A stretch of DNA of 64,000 bases from a virus: positions 35,408 to 99,407 of IMG/VR virus record IMGVR_UViG_3300045972_000132; one strand, written 5' to 3'. Position 1 is the first letter of the stretch; each line of letters starts with the position of its first letter. The position numbers and the translations under genes were made by a program. The notes beneath the pieces are model-generated. The model did not search any database. It had not been told where the DNA came from and was given only the letters and a program-made list of their open reading frames with translations. This document shows, in pieces, positions 29,019 to 37,541 of the stretch.

Positions 29019-29368
29019 TGACTAAGCTAGTTCTAAGACCATGTAGGGTTAGAAGTACCTTCTTCAGCACCGAGGAAGAGGATCCCGTTACTTATGATTT
29101 AAAACAGCTTAGAAACGAATTAACCAATACTTACGATAGGTTAGAGTCTCACAAGATTTCCATGCTCCAACAGGATGCCTATATTGGTAGTTCTCAGACC
29201 GCGACGGGAAATAAAATCTTCGTACTGATAAATCCAGATAAATCTGGTAATATTGCATGGGTATTAGCAAAAGACCCCTCTTTCAGGGACCGTATTTTAA
29301 AAGTTTATAAAGTACAGTCCATTGATTGGGGTTCACAGATTGAAGAACAAAACTTCCTAGGAGCTTGA
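29018..29368 (+). CDS. Hypothetical protein
   Basis: Start overlaps the previous stop. Confidence 0.55.
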   Translation: MTKLVLRPCRVRSTFFSTEEEDPVTYDLKQLRNELTNTYDRLESHKISMLQQDAYIGSSQTATGNKIFVLINPDKSGNIAWVLAKDPSFRDRILKVYKVQSIDWGSQIEEQNFLGA

Positions 29369-29372
29369 AATT

Positions 29373-29738
29373 ATGTCTAAACTACTTGAATCCATTGATG
29401 CCGTGGGGGAATTGTTCAACCTCTCAGAGGGTCACGAAAAGAAACACAACCCCTTCCGTCACCACTCCAAACTAGGCAATAAGACTCCACGCTCCAGAAA
29501 CGGCGCTGATGAAGTCGAAAAGTGGGAATGCACCAAGAAGGGTGCATATCTTCAGGTCTGCAAGGGCGTAGGCCCCGGTAATGAAGGTCGTACCAAGATC
29601 GTTCATGTTGACCCCTCTTGGAAGAAGCAGTACAACGCTGAATATAAGAAAGGAATGGCGAGTGGAAAATATGTTCCAGCAGTCAGAAGTGGCGGAACTA
29701 AAAAAGCAAAGAAAGCCAAGCTTTCAAGCCACGAATAG
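29373..29738 (+). CDS. Basic protein (possible internal head protein); its 3' end appears to be supplied by the GIY-YIG element
   Basis: SD aggag; MSKLLESI leader; 25 residues near the C-terminus are duplicated at 30435-30509. Confidence 0.7.
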   Translation: MSKLLESIDAVGELFNLSEGHEKKHNPFRHHSKLGNKTPRSRNGADEVEKWECTKKGAYLQVCKGVGPGNEGRTKIVHVDPSWKKQYNAEYKKGMASGKYVPAVRSGGTKKAKKAKLSSHE

Positions 29739-30434
29739 ATTTCTGATTTACGCGCTAGTAGATCCTACAGATCCGTCTAAATTCCGATATGTAGGTCAAA
29801 GCCGCCAAGGAATGAAGCGTCCCGCTATTCATTGCATGGAATCTACGCTAAGGAACGATAAAAATCTTCATAAAACAAACTGGATTAGATCAGTTCTAGC
29901 CAAGGGTGTAAAGCCGGATATCATAGTTCTAGACACACTACCTGACCGAACTGAAGAGTATTCTAAGAACGAAATCATGCTCTGGCTAAATGAGTCTGAA
30001 ACTAGATTTATTAAAAAATACAGATTAGAGGGGCATCCTCTGACAAACCTAACAGACGGCGGATCTGGTCCGGTTGGTTTTAAAATGCCAGAAGACGCTA
30101 AGAGAAGGATATCTAAAACCCTGAAGGGTAGAGTATTTTCAGACTCCCATAAAGAGTTGATTTCTATTAGAAAATCTGGAGTCCCTCAGTCGGATGAACA
30201 TAAGTTAGCCTTATCTAAAGTACGAGAGGGTAGAATAATTTCAGAATCAACTAAAGCTAAAATTTCAGCTAGTCATAAGGGTAAAGTTCTCCCAGAAGAA
30301 ACCAAACGCAGAATATCTATCGCAAAGAAAGGTATTCCTAAAACAGAAGACCAAATGAAAAAAATGTGGGATACTAGGAGAGCAAAGTATGGTCCCCTTG
30401 GGAGGTCTATAAAATGACTAAAACAAAACAAACA
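29652..30434 (+). mobile_element. Homing endonuclease insertion carrying a recoded copy of the target gene's 3' end
   Basis: Bounded by a protein-level direct duplication GMASGKYVPAVRSGGTKKAKKAKLS. Confidence 0.75.
29671..30417 (+). CDS. GIY-YIG homing endonuclease with NUMOD3-like repeats
   Basis: IYALVDP...RYVGQS, catalytic E region ESETRFI, LTNLTDGG, repeats HKELIS/TKAKISASHKG/TKRRIS; likely start ATG 29671. Confidence 0.9.
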   Translation: MFQQSEVAELKKQRKPSFQATNRFLIYALVDPTDPSKFRYVGQSRQGMKRPAIHCMESTLRNDKNLHKTNWIRSVLAKGVKPDIIVLDTLPDRTEEYSKNEIMLWLNESETRFIKKYRLEGHPLTNLTDGGSGPVGFKMPEDAKRRISKTLKGRVFSDSHKELISIRKSGVPQSDEHKLALSKVREGRIISESTKAKISASHKGKVLPEETKRRISIAKKGIPKTEDQMKKMWDTRRAKYGPLGRSIK

Positions 30435-30521
30435 GGCATGGCTTCTGGCAAATACGTTCCCGCCGTTCGTTCGGGTGGAACCAAGAAGGCTAAGAAGGCC
30501 AAGCTCTCAAAGAAGGATTAA
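30414..30521 (+). pseudogene. Displaced original 3' end of ORF 29373, readable as a 35-aa minigene
   Basis: MTKTKQT-GMASGKYVPAVRSGGTKKAKKAKLSKKD*; SD ggagg and ATGA overlap with the endonuclease stop. Confidence 0.75.
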
Positions 30522-30526
30522 CCTAA

Positions 30527-31291
30527 GTGGCCGGTCTTTCATCACTAGCATCTTCCATGAATATGACAGTCAACTCCAAGAGAGTTGGCTTTAATATTCT
30601 CACGCTCGATGAGAAAGACAATGTAATTAGCTATAAGAGTCTTCAATACTTTCCAGAATCCCTTAGGGACTCCAAATCAGTAGACTATTCTAGAAAGGCA
30701 ATGCCGGGAGGCTCCCTACCGATCTACCAGTGGGTTTCCGGGGGCGCTAGAACTCTTTCCCTGACTGCCATTCTTTCTTGTGATAATGACCTATCCGATA
30801 TTAATACGGGTGTAGTGAATTCCTTTATGAAGTTAGAAGATTTAAATAGTAAGGGACTTCAGCGGAATAATATAGACATCCGAAGTGCGGTGGTCTGGCT
30901 TCGACAACATCTATACCCTCGGTACTCTCAAAATCAACAAACACCCTCTGGGTACCAAGTAAGTGCCCCTAGAAAGGTATTTTTAAATATACCCAACTCT
31001 GGAATTGGTTTTGCGGGTATGGGATCCCTCTCTAGACCTGACTCGGTTCTATGTATTATGACTCAATGTGAAGTGGACTATAAGAGCTTTTTCCCTAACG
31101 GACTACCTAGGCTAGCCAGTATCCAGCTTTCTTTTGAAGAAGTAGCTCAGTATCAGGGGCTAATTACTTTCCCCGCAGCTTCTAAGGGCTTGGATGCACT
31201 TTATGAGCAGAGAGGTTTATATAGTGATGCGCCCGATAACTATAGAAGATATGAAGTTGGATCCAAAGGTACTATTGTTGGCGGTGGTTAA
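30527..31291 (+). CDS. Tail tube initiator-like protein (Afp7/Pvc7-type)
   Basis: LQYFPESLRDSKSVDY....PGGSLPIYQWVSGGARTLSL ... F.PNGLPRLA.I.LSFEE. Confidence 0.7.
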   Translation: MAGLSSLASSMNMTVNSKRVGFNILTLDEKDNVISYKSLQYFPESLRDSKSVDYSRKAMPGGSLPIYQWVSGGARTLSLTAILSCDNDLSDINTGVVNSFMKLEDLNSKGLQRNNIDIRSAVVWLRQHLYPRYSQNQQTPSGYQVSAPRKVFLNIPNSGIGFAGMGSLSRPDSVLCIMTQCEVDYKSFFPNGLPRLASIQLSFEEVAQYQGLITFPAASKGLDALYEQRGLYSDAPDNYRRYEVGSKGTIVGGG

Positions 31292-31294
31292 CTA

Positions 31295-31465
31295 ATGAAA
31301 TCTACCCAAGTAAGTGAACCTGCCACAAGCGACCTGATGATCCTAGCTCTACCCATATCTAGTTTTAAAAAGCTACATGCCCTCTCTAGCGTGAATGACA
31401 AAACCGTAGCACAATTGTTAACTGAGGCAATAGATGCCTATATTGGCAATTTAAAAAAGGAGTAA
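31295..31465 (+). CDS. Small ribbon-helix-helix/CopG-like protein (56 aa, not in the ORF track)
   Basis: Hand translation MKSTQVSEPATSDLMILALPISSFKKLHALSSVNDKTVAQLLTEAIDAYIGNLKKE. Confidence 0.6.
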   Translation: MKSTQVSEPATSDLMILALPISSFKKLHALSSVNDKTVAQLLTEAIDAYIGNLKKE

Positions 31466-31468
31466 CCC

Positions 31469-31822
31469 ATGAACTTAGACGCAATGTTAACCGGACAGAA
31501 CGGAGTGCTAGCTGGTGCCATTATTGGAATTGTAATGGCACTAAAGCGTTCTGTTCCATGGCTCACTGAGTCCAAGGCAGGCCAACGCCTACTCCCCATC
31601 GTCCCCCTTATTCTCGGGGCAATCGGAGGTGGCTTTGGTAGTGTTATTGTAGATCCCGTAACTATGGCTAACAAGATCATCGCCGGTATTATGGTTGGCG
31701 GCGCTGCCAGCCTAGGTTTCAAAATGCTCAAGACCACCGTATTTGGTCACGGGCTAGATGATGTGGACCCTGAAGTAGAAACCCCTCACGAGGCCCCTAA
31801 GCCTCCTAAGGCGGAAGGATAA
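31469..31822 (+). CDS. Holin-like membrane protein
   Basis: Three hydrophobic segments and a charged C-terminal tail; SD aaggag. Confidence 0.6.
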   Translation: MNLDAMLTGQNGVLAGAIIGIVMALKRSVPWLTESKAGQRLLPIVPLILGAIGGGFGSVIVDPVTMANKIIAGIMVGGAASLGFKMLKTTVFGHGLDDVDPEVETPHEAPKPPKAEG

Positions 31823-31830
31823 ATTAGACC

Positions 31831-32301
31831 ATGGCACTTCCTGCTAACTGGCCCCCAAAGGTTTCTTCCGGCCTCCGCTCGATTCGGGCGTATGTCACTG
31901 CAACCTCTACAGTCAACTTCTCTGATAATGCGTACATGTTTGCCGATCTCGTCGCGGGAACGGCAAACACCTTTACCCCGACCCCGGTAGTTTCTCCTAG
32001 CCAGCAGACGATGACCGGCCCAAGCGGTGAAGGTACTAACGCCAATACTGCACTTGGTAAAACCCCCAATGGTACTGGCGCAAATGATGCAAATGATCAG
32101 AAACCCCAAACTTGGGCATTTGGAATTCGAATCTGCAATGACGGGACCACTACTGACAAGATCGACTACTCCTTCGACGCTGTTAACGTCCATGGTCAGC
32201 TAAAGGCAGGAGAGACTGTCGTATATCTTCACCGTCATGAATCCGGCATCGCTATCCGCGCCTCAAGCGGAACGCCTTCATTCCGCATCGAAGCATGGTA
32301 G
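31831..32301 (+). CDS. Hypothetical virion-associated protein
   Basis: SD aagga; beta-rich C-terminus ending FRIEAW. Confidence 0.6.
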   Translation: MALPANWPPKVSSGLRSIRAYVTATSTVNFSDNAYMFADLVAGTANTFTPTPVVSPSQQTMTGPSGEGTNANTALGKTPNGTGANDANDQKPQTWAFGIRICNDGTTTDKIDYSFDAVNVHGQLKAGETVVYLHRHESGIAIRASSGTPSFRIEAW

Positions 32302-32314
32302 GATATCAGACTAC

Positions 32315-33055
32315 ATGGTAGCAGTTGATATAGTTCGCCTAATAGGTCTATACCAAAGCGGTAAATCTACTAGAGTAGTAGGTTCTGAGTTAGGTGTAGA
32401 CCACGTTACCGTTTTGAACATTTTAAAGAAAACAGGTACTACTATACGTTCTAGAGTAATGCCCAGAAAAGTATCTGTATCTGAGGTAGTAGAAGCTCAC
32501 TATAGTGGGCTTACTGGTGGAGAAATTGCCACAAAGCTTGGTGTTGATAAGGCTCTAGTCTATGCAAGACTTAAGGAGGCCAATGTAACTCCTTGGTCAT
32601 TTATAGAAAAGGATTGGGTATCTCTAGCAGTAGAGCTTTACGAGGCAGGTATGGACTGTCCTGTAATTTCAGACTTCATAGGCCCATCTACGGCTTTCAT
32701 ATACTCAGAACTAAAGAAGTCTGGTGTTAAATTCAGATCTAGTAAGGCATGTGGTAGGAATTTCACAAAAGGTTATGCTAAATCCTTCAATTCGGAATTG
32801 AAGTTAAAAATACGCACCAGAGACAACTTTGTCTGTAAATCCTGTGGTCTTACTGAAGCTGAGAACAAGGAACGAATTAAGATTCAGGGTCGTGGACAAC
32901 CTCTTACGATTCACCATATAGATTTTGATAAAATGAATTCTTCCGAAGACAACTTGATCACTCTTTGCATTAGATGCAATGCACAAGCCAACACGGATCG
33001 TGAACACTTCAAAACACTGTATTCAGAAAAGGTCAGAGAAATTCTGAACAGCTAG
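32315..33055 (+). CDS. HNH homing endonuclease with N-terminal helix-turn-helix repeats
   Basis: Three HTH-like repeats; IRTRDNFVCKSCG...LTIHHIDFDK.N....NLITLCIRCN. Confidence 0.9.
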   Translation: MVAVDIVRLIGLYQSGKSTRVVGSELGVDHVTVLNILKKTGTTIRSRVMPRKVSVSEVVEAHYSGLTGGEIATKLGVDKALVYARLKEANVTPWSFIEKDWVSLAVELYEAGMDCPVISDFIGPSTAFIYSELKKSGVKFRSSKACGRNFTKGYAKSFNSELKLKIRTRDNFVCKSCGLTEAENKERIKIQGRGQPLTIHHIDFDKMNSSEDNLITLCIRCNAQANTDREHFKTLYSEKVREILNS

Positions 33056-33075
33056 TCAGGGTCGAAGCATGGTGA
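33056..33075 (+). repeat. Duplicated 3' end of ORF 31831 (RVEAW*)
   Basis: TCGAAGCATGGT identical at 32288-32299 and 33062-33073. Confidence 0.75.
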
Positions 33076-33101
33076 CGAATTTACAATAAAGTTCAGAGTT
33101 C

Positions 33102-33133
33102 AAAGCCCCTCTGGTTGATTCCAGAGGGGCTTT
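33102..33133 (+). terminator. Intrinsic (possibly bidirectional) terminator
   Basis: AAAGCCCCTCTGG-ttgatt-CCAGAGGGGCTTT. Confidence 0.8.
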
Positions 33134-33149
33134 CTGCTATATAGGCTAC

Positions 33150-33644
33150 ATGAGCGAAACTCCTGTAGTCCCCGCGACCCCTACCCATGCAGGCCCCACC
33201 TACGCTACTACCAAGTGGACTTCCGCTGGTGGGGTTGTCCTTAAGGGCTTGTCACGACAAGCAATTGACTACGTTTGGGTAATTAAGCCCTCCGGTAGCT
33301 ACGGCAGCAGTTGGTCCCTTCCAAAGGGTAGAAAAGACGAAGGAAGCACCCTAGAAGAGACCGCGACCAGAGAAGTCTTGGAAGAATCTGGGCTAATGGC
33401 TAAATTCATTCCCAATGGCTATCTAGGCTCCCACGAGGGATCCAGCAGCACTACCCATTATTACCTCATGGTCCAAACTACTGGAAACCCCTTGGATCAT
33501 GACTTTGAAACCGAAAAGGTTCTACTCCTTAAGATCGATGACGCCATTGCTCTCATGGAGAAAGACTATAATCGTCGGGACGAGAGGGTCCTCAAGCTGG
33601 CTAAAGAGAAAATCGACCTTTTAAAAAGCAATCTAGGCTATTGA
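33150..33644 (+). CDS. NUDIX hydrolase
   Basis: SAGGVV and Nudix box WSLPKGRKDEGSTLEETATREVLEESG. Confidence 0.92.
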   Translation: MSETPVVPATPTHAGPTYATTKWTSAGGVVLKGLSRQAIDYVWVIKPSGSYGSSWSLPKGRKDEGSTLEETATREVLEESGLMAKFIPNGYLGSHEGSSSTTHYYLMVQTTGNPLDHDFETEKVLLLKIDDAIALMEKDYNRRDERVLKLAKEKIDLLKSNLGY

Positions 33645-33689
33645 GCTTAATTGGTTGGTATTTGAGGATTTCACTGTTATAATCCTCAC

Positions 33690-34019
33690 ATGACCACTCC
33701 AATTCTGACGACTCTTGAGTACTACTGGAAAAACACCAAAGTATTCCTTTGGGGGTTTCTAGCGGTTGTTGCAGCCATTCTTGGTATCGTCGCCAAGTCA
33801 TTATTCGATAATAAAGTTCGTGGATTGGACTTTACCCCTCCAGCACCAAACCCCAATTTAATAAAAAAGGTAGAGGAAGCCAAGGAATCGGCAAATTCTG
33901 CTAAGATTAAGGCCAAGGTCACTGAAGAGGCCGAGCACGCTAAATTGGAAGAAATCCACACTATTACCGACGACGTTGAGCGTCGTAAGAGGCTAGCCGA
34001 AATGGCTAATTCCCTATGA
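33690..34019 (+). CDS. Membrane-anchored coiled-coil protein (possibly spanin-like)
   Basis: One transmembrane segment then a helical charged region; TGtTATAAT -10 at 33678-33683. Confidence 0.55.
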   Translation: MTTPILTTLEYYWKNTKVFLWGFLAVVAAILGIVAKSLFDNKVRGLDFTPPAPNPNLIKKVEEAKESANSAKIKAKVTEEAEHAKLEEIHTITDDVERRKRLAEMANSL

Positions 34020-34315
34020 TCAATATTACCCAACTACTTGAAAATATTAGAGCAATCCGTGCGGAGATTGAGACTCAAGAACTAACAGAGTCCGATCCAG
34101 ATCTTTGGGACGGTAAAGATGTAATTGGAGCAAACGCAGCAAACGATGCTAAAGCTATAGCTAAGGTCCGTAAAGAGGGCGGCGGTGCGTTTAAATTTAG
34201 TGAGAGACCTAAGAAGCCATCTGAGAGACACATCTGGAATAGTAAACTAAACAAGTGGGTCGAGTTAGGCAAAGCCCCTGGCTCAGGAACCATCCCCGCC
34301 TTCAAACCTAAATAA
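34016..34315 (+). CDS. Hypothetical protein, possible internal head protein
   Basis: Leader LLENIRAIRAEIETQELTE nearly identical to that of ORF 35041. Confidence 0.6.
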   Translation: MINITQLLENIRAIRAEIETQELTESDPDLWDGKDVIGANAANDAKAIAKVRKEGGGAFKFSERPKKPSERHIWNSKLNKWVELGKAPGSGTIPAFKPK

Positions 34316-34328
34316 AGAAAGGCTGTAA

Positions 34329-34709
34329 ATGACTCCCGAAGAAACGTGGAAAGAAGTCGGCTTCAAGGTTCGTCCCACCGGTAGAAAGATATTCTGTAGG
34401 ACGGTTTTAGAAAAGAGCAATTCACTGTTAGTCTTACCTCTTGCTGCCCAATCCTTCTTCTACGGGGACGCAAACAAGAAAATTTTGAATCTTAAGGTGC
34501 TCTCGGTAGGTCCAAACGTGAAGGCAGTAAAAAAAGGTGCTATTATATGTTGCAGACGCATGGAATTTGGACGTATTTGGGAATTCAAAGACGGTACCAA
34601 GGGCGGCTGGATAGACGAATCCCAGGTTTTGGGGTTCGACACAGTAGAATCGGAGGCGGAATCATATGTTCTTCCTAGTAGGAATGAAAAGCCTAGCAAG
34701 CATGGCTAG
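34329..34709 (+). CDS. Divergent GroES-like co-chaperonin
   Basis: FKVRPTGRKI, LLVLP, KVLSVGPNVKAVKKG.I, IDESQVLG. Confidence 0.6.
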   Translation: MTPEETWKEVGFKVRPTGRKIFCRTVLEKSNSLLVLPLAAQSFFYGDANKKILNLKVLSVGPNVKAVKKGAIICCRRMEFGRIWEFKDGTKGGWIDESQVLGFDTVESEAESYVLPSRNEKPSKHG

Positions 34710-35013
34710 AGGGTTCAACCCCGAAATTAGCTCGCGTCTGGACCAAGCTGGTTACAAGCTAGCCGTGGATCCCACTTTTTCCGCCGATCCGTATCAGAAT
34801 TATCCTGCGACAGCAGTAAATCCTAATTATACAGTAGATGATCCAGGTGGAAGGGATAATATGTGCCCTCCTTGTCCTCACTGTGGTGGTACTCTGGGTC
34901 ATACTGCTGAGTGTTATCAAGCCGGGCCGTTTAAATCCAAATTTCCCGGTCTAGGTAAGAAAATCCGCAAGGCTTCCAAGAGCAAATCTAAGAAGTCCAA
35001 ATCTAAGAAGTAA
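34702..35013 (+). CDS. Hypothetical protein with CxxC/H-C motif and Lys-rich tail
   Basis: CPHCGG..GH..EC; KSKSKKSKSKK. Confidence 0.55.
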   Translation: MARGFNPEISSRLDQAGYKLAVDPTFSADPYQNYPATAVNPNYTVDDPGGRDNMCPPCPHCGGTLGHTAECYQAGPFKSKFPGLGKKIRKASKSKSKKSKSKK

Positions 35014-35040
35014 ATCCTTTTTCCTCTCGGGGCTACGAAC

Positions 35041-36138
35041 ATGAAACTACTAGAATCAATCAAAAACATCAGGGCTGAAATCGAAACCCAGCTTGTAGAA
35101 AGGGAAGACTCTGAAAACGTTCAGCGCAGAATCGACTCGCGGGATGCTAAGAGATTAGCTAAGGGTGGGCATAAGCAAGCTGCGGGCCGAAAGTTTGCTG
35201 GAGCGGCAGTTAGTGCCCAATCTAAGGCTATGGGTGCAAAGGGTACCAAAAAGTCTAGACTAGAGAAACTCTCTACTGGTTATATGCGTAGAGCAAATTG
35301 GACTGCAAACCCTGACGAGGCCCACGCACGTTACAAGGAATTTGCCGATCACGCCTCAACCTACGAAGGTCACGCAGCTAATCTAAACGATAGAGTCGAT
35401 GCCGAGCACGCCAAGGGCATGGACAAGAACCTGAGTCAGATCCACGACACTCATGGTCACCTAATGGACAAACACTTCCTCGCCCACCAAGCGCACTTGT
35501 TAGCGGCGCACCACGCTCGTCCAAATAGCCCAGAAGAGAAAATGCACTTATCTGACGCCGAGACCTCACTAAAGGCTCATCACAAGGCAAAGAAGGACCA
35601 AGCGGACACCGAAGATGAGATCAACAAAGATATCCATGCCCACATGGGTCCAGGAGTTGAGGCTCAAAAAGCCAAAGAGCGTAAGCTAAAGCAACATGTT
35701 AAATCTTCCCCTGACGCAAGCACCAAGACTCCTGAGGGAGCAGAAGCCGATAAGGTTGTAGATGCTACAACTCATATTGGTGGAATTGCTAAGGAAAAGG
35801 CCAAGGCTGCGACTGCCGGTGCCGTACATAATCTGGTTAAGGCTGACCAGTACAAGATGAACAAGGGTAATTCTAACCGCGAGAAACGCCTAGCCCAGCT
35901 AGACGCTAAGACTCCAGAAGGAAAGCCCAAACTACACAGACTCCCAGATGTCTCCACTGGTCCCGCAAGCCAAGGCAACAAGGCTCTCGATATGACCAAG
36001 CACAACCGCTTCTTCTCCCCGGAGCAGGTTAAGGCTCGTGCAGCAAGAAAAGCAAAGACTGCCGCAGAACACGACACCATCAAGAAAGGTCATGACACTA
36101 TCAAGCACTCCGATGTTAAGGATGGTGTGGTGGTCTAA
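35041..36138 (+). CDS. Lys/His/Ala-rich protein, probable internal head protein
   Basis: Leader MKLLESIKNIRAEIETQLVE; highly charged and His-rich. Confidence 0.6.
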   Translation: MKLLESIKNIRAEIETQLVEREDSENVQRRIDSRDAKRLAKGGHKQAAGRKFAGAAVSAQSKAMGAKGTKKSRLEKLSTGYMRRANWTANPDEAHARYKEFADHASTYEGHAANLNDRVDAEHAKGMDKNLSQIHDTHGHLMDKHFLAHQAHLLAAHHARPNSPEEKMHLSDAETSLKAHHKAKKDQADTEDEINKDIHAHMGPGVEAQKAKERKLKQHVKSSPDASTKTPEGAEADKVVDATTHIGGIAKEKAKAATAGAVHNLVKADQYKMNKGNSNREKRLAQLDAKTPEGKPKLHRLPDVSTGPASQGNKALDMTKHNRFFSPEQVKARAARKAKTAAEHDTIKKGHDTIKHSDVKDGVVV

Positions 36139-36593
36139 TGACAACCCCGGTATCTCTTCATTTTACTTTAGAAGAACTTGTAACTAGTCAACATCGGGAT
36201 ATTGATAATACTCCTAATGCTGATCAGTTAAAGAATCTAACTACCCTTCTAGCTCCCAAGCTGGAAGAGGTTAGGGGGCTACTGGGACCAATGCACGTTA
36301 ACTCCGCACTAAGAGTAGAAGCCTTGAATTTGGCCGTAAACGGAGCCAAAAATTCACAGCACGTTTTAGGGCTTGCTTGTGATTTTGTCCCTACTCAGAT
36401 GGATATGAAGCAAGCTTACGAACTAATTCTGAATTCCTCAATCAAGTTCGACCAGTTGATTGCAGAGTACTGGGGGAATGGTGGTGGCGGTTGGATCCAC
36501 ATAAGCACCACCACTCCGGATAAACCCTTCCGTAGACAAGCTTTGATGATCAGCAAATCTACTGGTGGAGTGTATTTACCTTATAGATCATGA
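36138..36593 (+). CDS. Peptidase M15-family endolysin
   Basis: HFTLEEL..S, NS..R...LN.AV.GAKNSQH..G.ACD, WIHIS. Confidence 0.9.
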   Translation: MTTPVSLHFTLEELVTSQHRDIDNTPNADQLKNLTTLLAPKLEEVRGLLGPMHVNSALRVEALNLAVNGAKNSQHVLGLACDFVPTQMDMKQAYELILNSSIKFDQLIAEYWGNGGGGWIHISTTTPDKPFRRQALMISKSTGGVYLPYRS

Positions 36594-36630
36594 TTCCTAC
36601 CTTTCGACGCCTCAAAGATTCCATAAGGGC

Positions 36631-36659
36631 TTGCAATTCTAATCCACCTGGGGTATGAC
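36631..36659 (+). promoter_or_regulatory. Sigma70-like promoter
   Basis: TTGCAA-17nt-TATGAC upstream of SD aaggag. Confidence 0.5.
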
Positions 36660-36692
36660 TGTTCTTAGCTCTAACAACCCAAGGAGATCACA

Positions 36693-37073
36693 ATGCGAGT
36701 CGAAGGAATTTTTGGTAAGTACTACGGTGTGTTTAAGGTAACCAAGCTTAAGGATTCAAATCAATTTCTGGTTTGCTCCGCATTCAAGCACGTTCTTGAG
36801 TGGGCCAATGCAATTACGGTTGGTCAGTTCCCTACTACTCTCAAGGAAGACTCAGCTTATCCCTTCCGCAGCGTAGTCGGCGCAGAGGCTCTAGGGCTTC
36901 TCCTCAATCTAGTGGGTCAGACCTGCGTGACCTACGATAGCTTCTCCAAGGCTGCGGCTGCGGCGCTTCCTCCGGAACTCGTGGAAGCTAAGAAGAAGTT
37001 TGAGGAAAACCTCAAGAAGATGATGGGCAGCGTCGAGGGTTTGGACGTTCCCGGCACCGACTTCAAGAACTAA
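36693..37073 (+). CDS. Hypothetical protein
   Basis: Strong SD and biased codon usage. Confidence 0.65.
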   Translation: MRVEGIFGKYYGVFKVTKLKDSNQFLVCSAFKHVLEWANAITVGQFPTTLKEDSAYPFRSVVGAEALGLLLNLVGQTCVTYDSFSKAAAAALPPELVEAKKKFEENLKKMMGSVEGLDVPGTDFKN

Positions 37074-37075
37074 CA

Positions 37076-37486
37076 ATGCCCGCCGAGATCTCCCTAGTGG
37101 CTCCGTCCTTCGGAGTCCTTAAAATCCACAAATTCAAGGATTCCGTAATGGTTTCCGCTCCCACTAGGGAAGTCATTGTAGCTGTTGCTGACCGATTAGG
37201 GCTTCCATCCTCCAGAATTATGGAATCTAAGAACACCGGATGGACTGCGGTAGTTCTAGATGAGCCGTTTGGTACTAACGGCCTTTCTAGCCTTATTGGC
37301 TTCCTACTCGTAAAAGATACCTTTCTAGAGGAGGGGTCTGCTGAAGAGGAGTCTCTTCAAAAGACTACCTTGGAGATCAAGTCTAAGATCGGATCCTACA
37401 AGATGGATAAGGCTAAACATCTAAAAGAAATCCTGGCGTCTAGAGACTTTAAGGCCAAGCAGCGAAATCTGTTCAAGAAACCCTAG
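37076..37486 (+). CDS. Hypothetical protein
   Basis: Packed ORF; N-terminal GVLKIHKFKDS resembles GVFKVTKLKDS of ORF 36693. Confidence 0.6.
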   Translation: MPAEISLVAPSFGVLKIHKFKDSVMVSAPTREVIVAVADRLGLPSSRIMESKNTGWTAVVLDEPFGTNGLSSLIGFLLVKDTFLEEGSAEEESLQKTTLEIKSKIGSYKMDKAKHLKEILASRDFKAKQRNLFKKP

Positions 37487-37541
37487 TAAACTTGACGCTT
37501 TAGCGGTTTATTTGATATCCTCTGTTATCCTAGAGGATTCA

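Noticed and set aside
29652-30434. Group I intron encoding the GIY-YIG endonuclease
   Set aside because: The insert is almost entirely ORF, leaving no room for a ribozyme core, and the host gene is already complete without splicing
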